This document shows, in pieces, positions 59,578 through 64,000 of a stretch of 64,000 nucleotides of DNA (positions are counted from its first letter, which is position 1; every line of letters begins with the position of its first letter). The notes under the pieces are model-generated. The model was not told the origin of the DNA. It ran no database searches and was given only the letters and a program-made list of their open reading frames with translations. This DNA is from Candidatus Versatilivorator sp. (GTDB lineage: Bacteria; Acidobacteriota; Terriglobia; Versatilivoradales; Versatilivoraceae). The DNA lies in NCBI GenBank assembly GCA_965207735.1, contig OZ242296.1:2560001-2624000 (forward strand), written 5' to 3'. The translations under genes were made by a program, and so were the position numbers.

Positions 59578-62016
59578 TTATTTGTATAGCAGAGAGGTCT
59601 CAATGATTGTTTTTTTCAGATCGCGATAGTAAAGGCCCTTATCCACCTCGTAGATTTCGATTTCAGAGCCCGGCTCGACATCTCCCTGAATGAGGGCTTC
59701 GGATAACGGGTCCTCTACGTACCGTTGCAGGGCCCGGCGCAGAGGTCTGGCCCCGTAAGACCGGTCATGGCAGGTTTTTTCAAGGATCCAACGCGTAGCG
59801 TCGGGGGTTAGGGAGATCTTGACGTTTTTGGCCACCATGCTGGCGTTGATCTGATCCACCAACAACTCGACGATCTTCTCCAGGTCATCATCCGTCAGCG
59901 AATTGAAGACGATGACCTCGTCCAGGCGGTTGATGAATTCCGGATTGAAAGCCTTCTTGACCTCGGAGAGAACCATCTCCTCCATCCTGGCCTCGTTAAT
60001 ATCCCTGTTGGTGCCGTGAAACCCGAGTTGATGCTTCTTCTCCAGGAACCGAGCCCCCAGGTTGGAGGTCATGATGATGATGGTGTTCTTGAAGTCGACC
60101 GTATTGCCGAGCCCGTCGGTAAGCTGCCCGTCCTCGAAAACCTGGAGCAGGATGTTGAACAGATCCTGATGAGATTTTTCGATCTCGTCGAGCAGGATGA
60201 TGGAATAGGGCGCCCTCTTGACGCGCTCTGTCAGTTGCCCCCCCTCTTCGTAACCCACGTAGCCCGGCGGCGAACCGATGAACTTGGAGACCGAGTGCTT
60301 CTCCATGTACTCCGACATGTCGAACCGGATCAAAGCCTTCTCCGTGCCGAACAGGAAGTGCGCCAGCGAGCGAGCCATCTCGGTCTTGCCCACACCGGTA
60401 GGCCCCAGGAAGAGGAAGGAACCCACTGGACGATTGGGACTCTTGAGCCCTGCCCGAGACCTGCGTATGGCCCGAGCCAGAGCTCCGATGGCCTTGTCCT
60501 GGCTGATGACGCGCTTGTGCAGCCCTTCCTCGATACGCATCAGCTTGGCCATCTCCTCCTCCTTGATGGCCATCACGGGAATCCCCGTCCATTTGGCGAC
60601 AACGCTCTCGATGTCTTCCTTGGTCACCGTGCCGCCACCGGAGTCGTCCAGGTTGAACTTCTCCTGAATCGACCGCAAGTGTTCCAGGGCGATGCGCTCC
60701 TCGTTGCGATAGATCTCCGCCTTTTCGAACTCATTGTTGGAGATGGCCGATTCCATGCGAGCCACGATCACCTTGATCTTCTTCTGCATCTCCGTCATTT
60801 CCTTGGGAAGGCTGTCCTGGCGCAACTTGACCCTGGCGCCCGCTTCATCGATCAAATCGATGGCCTTGTCCGGCAGGAAACGATCCGGAATGTAGCGATT
60901 GGCCTGATAGACGGCGGTCTCGATGGCCGCCGAGTCATAGCTCAACATGTGAAACTTTTCGTAGCGCTCCTTGACCCCGTTGAGAATTCGTACGGCTTCT
61001 TCTTCCGAGGGAGGCGGAACCTTGACCGCCTGAAACCGTCTTTCGAGCGATCGATCCTTCTCGATGGACTTGCGGAACTCTCCCGGCGTGGTGGCACCGA
61101 TACACTGGATCTCCCCCCGGCTCAGAGCCGGCTTCAGAATGTTGGCGGCGTCCAGCGAGCCCTCTGCCGAACCGGCGCCCACCAGGGTATGCAGCTCATC
61201 CACGAACACGATCGAATTGCGATTCTCGATGAGCTCCTTCATGATCGTCTTCAGCCGTTCCTCGAACTGGCCCCGGTACTTGGTGCCGGCCACGATCAAC
61301 GAAAGGTCGAGAGCCAGAATTCGCTTGTCGGCCAGATAGCTGGGCACCTCGTTCTCGACGATTCGTTGCGCCAAACCCTCGACGATGGCTGTCTTGCCGA
61401 CTCCAGGCTCGCCAATCAGAACCGGATTGTTCTTGGTGCGCCGGCAGAGAATCTGGATCACTCGTTCGATTTCATTGTCTCGCCCCACCAGGGGATCCAA
61501 AGTGCTTTCAACGGCCAATTGGGTCAAATCTCGACTGAATTCCGACAGCAGGGGCGTTTCCTTGGACCGGCTGACCACGGGCTTTTCCGAGTGGGTGCGA
61601 CTCAGCTCCTCGCGGATTGAAGTCAGCTTGAGCCCTCGTTCATGCAGAATCTCCGCGGCCAGGCACTTGTCTTCGCGAAGAATCCCCAACAGCAGGTGTT
61701 CGGTCCCGATATGCCGGTGGCGCAGGCGTTCAGCCTCGTCGGCGGCGAAGGTGAGGATTCGCTTGCATTCCGTACTCAAGGGAAGATCGATCGAAGTCGG
61801 CACCTTCTCCCGAATAATGGTTCGTCCCTCAATATCTTTCTTGATGGAATCGATGGAAGAGTGAGACCTCAGGAAACGATTGGTCAGACTCTTGTCCTCC
61901 CGCATCAGTCCCAGGAGAAGGTGTTCGGTCTCAATGGAGGGGCTTCCGAATTGGCTGGCTTCGTACCGAGCGAAAAAGATCACGCGTCTGGCTTTTTCGG
62001 TGTATCGCTCAAACAT
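59578..62016 (-). CDS. clpC: ATP-dependent Clp protease ATP-binding subunit
   Basis: [13 protein letters not shown]-domain; two AAA+ modules ([16 protein letters not shown]); short UVR-like middle domain. Confidence 0.93.
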   Translation of the reverse strand: MFERYTEKARRVIFFARYEASQFGSPSIETEHLLLGLMREDKSLTNRFLRSHSSIDSIKKDIEGRTIIREKVPTSIDLPLSTECKRILTFAADEAERLRHRHIGTEHLLLGILREDKCLAAEILHERGLKLTSIREELSRTHSEKPVVSRSKETPLLSEFSRDLTQLAVESTLDPLVGRDNEIERVIQILCRRTKNNPVLIGEPGVGKTAIVEGLAQRIVENEVPSYLADKRILALDLSLIVAGTKYRGQFEERLKTIMKELIENRNSIVFVDELHTLVGAGSAEGSLDAANILKPALSRGEIQCIGATTPGEFRKSIEKDRSLERRFQAVKVPPPSEEEAVRILNGVKERYEKFHMLSYDSAAIETAVYQANRYIPDRFLPDKAIDLIDEAGARVKLRQDSLPKEMTEMQKKIKVIVARMESAISNNEFEKAEIYRNEERIALEHLRSIQEKFNLDDSGGGTVTKEDIESVVAKWTGIPVMAIKEEEMAKLMRIEEGLHKRVISQDKAIGALARAIRRSRAGLKSPNRPVGSFLFLGPTGVGKTEMARSLAHFLFGTEKALIRFDMSEYMEKHSVSKFIGSPPGYVGYEEGGQLTERVKRAPYSIILLDEIEKSHQDLFNILLQVFEDGQLTDGLGNTVDFKNTIIIMTSNLGARFLEKKHQLGFHGTNRDINEARMEEMVLSEVKKAFNPEFINRLDEVIVFNSLTDDDLEKIVELLVDQINASMVAKNVKISLTPDATRWILEKTCHDRSYGARPLRRALQRYVEDPLSEALIQGDVEPGSEIEIYEVDKGLYYRDLKKTIIETSLLYK

Positions 62017-62746
62017 GAGTATCGCCGACGGCTTGCAAGCTGCCGTTCTCTAACTTGAGAATTCGGTCGCACTTGGAAGCTATTCTAGCATTGTGCGTGA
62101 CAACGATGGAAGTATGTTTTTTGTCGCGCTGGATCTCCCGAAAAAGCTCGAAAACCCTTGTCCCTGTTCGGCTATCCAGGTTTCCGGTCGGCTCGTCGGC
62201 CAGCACAAGTCGAGGCCGATTCACCAGCGCTCGAGCGATGGCGACCCGCTGCTGCTCCCCCCCCGACAGCTCTCCCGGACGATGATGCAGCCGCGTTTCC
62301 AGACCCACCAGGGCAAGCATTTCCCTCCCTGTCCCTTCGTCCCGGAAGCTGCCTGAAACTCTCTGCGGCATGCTGACGTTCTCCAGTGCCGAGAATTCGG
62401 GAAGCAGGTTGTGAAACTGAAAGACAAACCCCACCGAGGACCTCCGGAACCGGGCCAGGCCTTCGGCGTCCAGATCCTGAAGGTCAACTCCCCCGTACCG
62501 GACCGACCCGTTTGTCGGACGGTCCAGGGCGCCCAGAATATGCAGCAGCGTGCTCTTGCCGGAACCTGACTGGCCGACCACCGCAACCATTTCTCCCGGA
62601 CTGACCGCCAGGTTCAGACCCTTCAGAACTTCCAGGCGCTGACTCGGCATGGAATAGAACTTGTCCAGATCCCGGACTTCAATGGCAGGCGGGTAGCCTG
62701 GGGCACCGGCGACGGAGCCGGCCGGCCGGTGTGAATCGCTACTCAT
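62009..62746 (-). CDS. lolD: Lipoprotein-releasing ABC transporter ATPase
   Basis: GQSGSGKST, GFVFQFHNLLPEFSALENV, LSGGEQQR and ADEPTGNLD motifs. Confidence 0.9.
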   Translation of the reverse strand: MSSDSHRPAGSVAGAPGYPPAIEVRDLDKFYSMPSQRLEVLKGLNLAVSPGEMVAVVGQSGSGKSTLLHILGALDRPTNGSVRYGGVDLQDLDAEGLARFRRSSVGFVFQFHNLLPEFSALENVSMPQRVSGSFRDEGTGREMLALVGLETRLHHRPGELSGGEQQRVAIARALVNRPRLVLADEPTGNLDSRTGTRVFELFREIQRDKKHTSIVVTHNARIASKCDRILKLENGSLQAVGDTHV

Positions 62747-63977
62747 GGCGCAACGCCTCCACGGGGTTCAATTCCGCCGCCCGTCCCGAAGGATAGAGGG
62801 TAGCCAGGTAGCTGACCATGATGGCGGAAGCCGCAACCACGGCTCCGTCGGCCAGCGACAGGTTGAACGGAACGTGAGTCATGGAGTAGACATCGGCCTG
62901 CAACCGAATCAACTGGTACCGGTCGCAAATCCAGCAGACGGCGTAGCCCAGGACCAGCCCCCAGAACGAGCCGACGACTCCTATGGTCACCCCCTGAAAG
63001 ACGAAGATCTTGCGCACGGCTTTCCGGGTCGCCCCCATGGACATCAGGACGGCGATGTCCCGGGTCTTTTCCATCACCATCATGGTGAGAGTCGTGATGA
63101 TATTCAAGGCAGCCACAAAGACGATCAGCCCTATGGTAACGACCATCACCAGCTTTTCCAGGCGCAACGCCTCAAAAACGGGGCGATTCAGATCCTTCCA
63201 GTCGATGGTCTCAAAGCCTTCGCCCAGGAGCTGCTCGATTCGCAGAGCGATGCGGTCAACCTGATAGATGTCCTCCACCCTGCACTCGATCACCGAGACG
63301 CGCCGGCCGGTGCCCAGAGCTCGCTGGGCCGAGGGAAGTGCCGTAAATGCCCACTGCGCATCGAAGTCGTAAAGTCCCGACTGGAAAATGGCAACCACCT
63401 CGAACCGCCGCCGCAGGGGAAACTCGCCCAGCGGAGTCAGGGTGGTTTCATCGCTGAACAGGCTGACCGTATCCCCGACCAGAAGACCCAGGCGTTCGGC
63501 CAGGTCGACCCCGACCGCCAGCCGGTCCTGGAAACGACCCTCTCTGCTGCCGGCCAGTCGACCCAGGTCCCCTTGGCGAACCTGGAAGAATTGAGCCGGC
63601 ACCAGCGGATCGTCGACAGCAATCCCCTTGAGCATGACGCCGTCCTGGCGCGAACCGGTGCTCATCAGCACCGGCCCGTACAAGGCCGCCGACGCGCTGC
63701 GAATACCCGGAACCTCTCGAATCCTGGAGGTCAGTTCGGCGGGATTCCCGATGCCTTCACTGCTGAGGACCGGCTTCACGTTGAGATGTGCCGTGCCCTT
63801 GAGCAGCTTGTCCTGCAGATTCTCCCGAAATCCGGAACTGATGGCCAGGGCCACGATCATGGCGGACACCCCTGCCGTCACACCCAGGATGGATATCAGG
63901 GTCACCACGGAGATGACCGTCTGCTTGCGGCGTGCCCGAAGATAACGCCAGGCCACAAACCACTCGAACGTCTTCAT
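62739..63977 (-). CDS. lolC: Lipoprotein-releasing ABC transporter permease (LolC/E)
   Basis: AWRYLRARR, VAALNII, EKTRDIAVLMSMGA and NPVEALRHE motifs. Confidence 0.9.
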   Translation of the reverse strand: MKTFEWFVAWRYLRARRKQTVISVVTLISILGVTAGVSAMIVALAISSGFRENLQDKLLKGTAHLNVKPVLSSEGIGNPAELTSRIREVPGIRSASAALYGPVLMSTGSRQDGVMLKGIAVDDPLVPAQFFQVRQGDLGRLAGSREGRFQDRLAVGVDLAERLGLLVGDTVSLFSDETTLTPLGEFPLRRRFEVVAIFQSGLYDFDAQWAFTALPSAQRALGTGRRVSVIECRVEDIYQVDRIALRIEQLLGEGFETIDWKDLNRPVFEALRLEKLVMVVTIGLIVFVAALNIITTLTMMVMEKTRDIAVLMSMGATRKAVRKIFVFQGVTIGVVGSFWGLVLGYAVCWICDRYQLIRLQADVYSMTHVPFNLSLADGAVVAASAIMVSYLATLYPSGRAAELNPVEALRHE

Positions 63978-64000
63978 TGGCGCTTCTTTCCCGAACGCAA

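Overview
GC-rich bacterial chromosomal segment, most likely Acidobacteriota (inferred from the lolC-lolD-clpC-bamA-skp-fabZ-lpxA-lpxI gene order, futalosine mqnE and DUF1549/DUF1553/DUF1501 genes). It is mostly housekeeping: pdxJ, tRNA-Gln, proS, glyA, mqnE, pabB, relA/spoT, ridA, rpmB, tsaD, thrC, cysC, lon, uvrD/pcrA, trkAH and a lipid A/outer-membrane operon. The most unusual content is non-coding and nested. (1) An ORF-less group II intron (25609-26477, minus strand) sits exactly inside the terminal inverted repeat of a ~243-bp MITE. Its EBS1 loop reads the TIR, and an intron-free copy of the target end lies at 42397-42421. (2) Remnants of the same TIR (CCCGCATTTCTCA) recur across the window, often directly abutting or supplying stop codons. 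(3) A head-to-tail IS1634 dimer with one 6-bp target duplication lies inside a 74-bp repeat whose empty paralogue is at 38030-38103. (4) Two inverted arrays of a ~180-184-bp intergenic repeat. Also noted: a DnaA-box/AT-rich oriC candidate at ~930-1140 with no dnaA in the window, a serine hydrolase fused to an apparently catalytically dead GH30 domain, a signal-peptide-bearing NqrF-like flavoreductase, and a beta-propeller gene between bamA and skp. All calls come from reading motifs by eye; no database searches were run.
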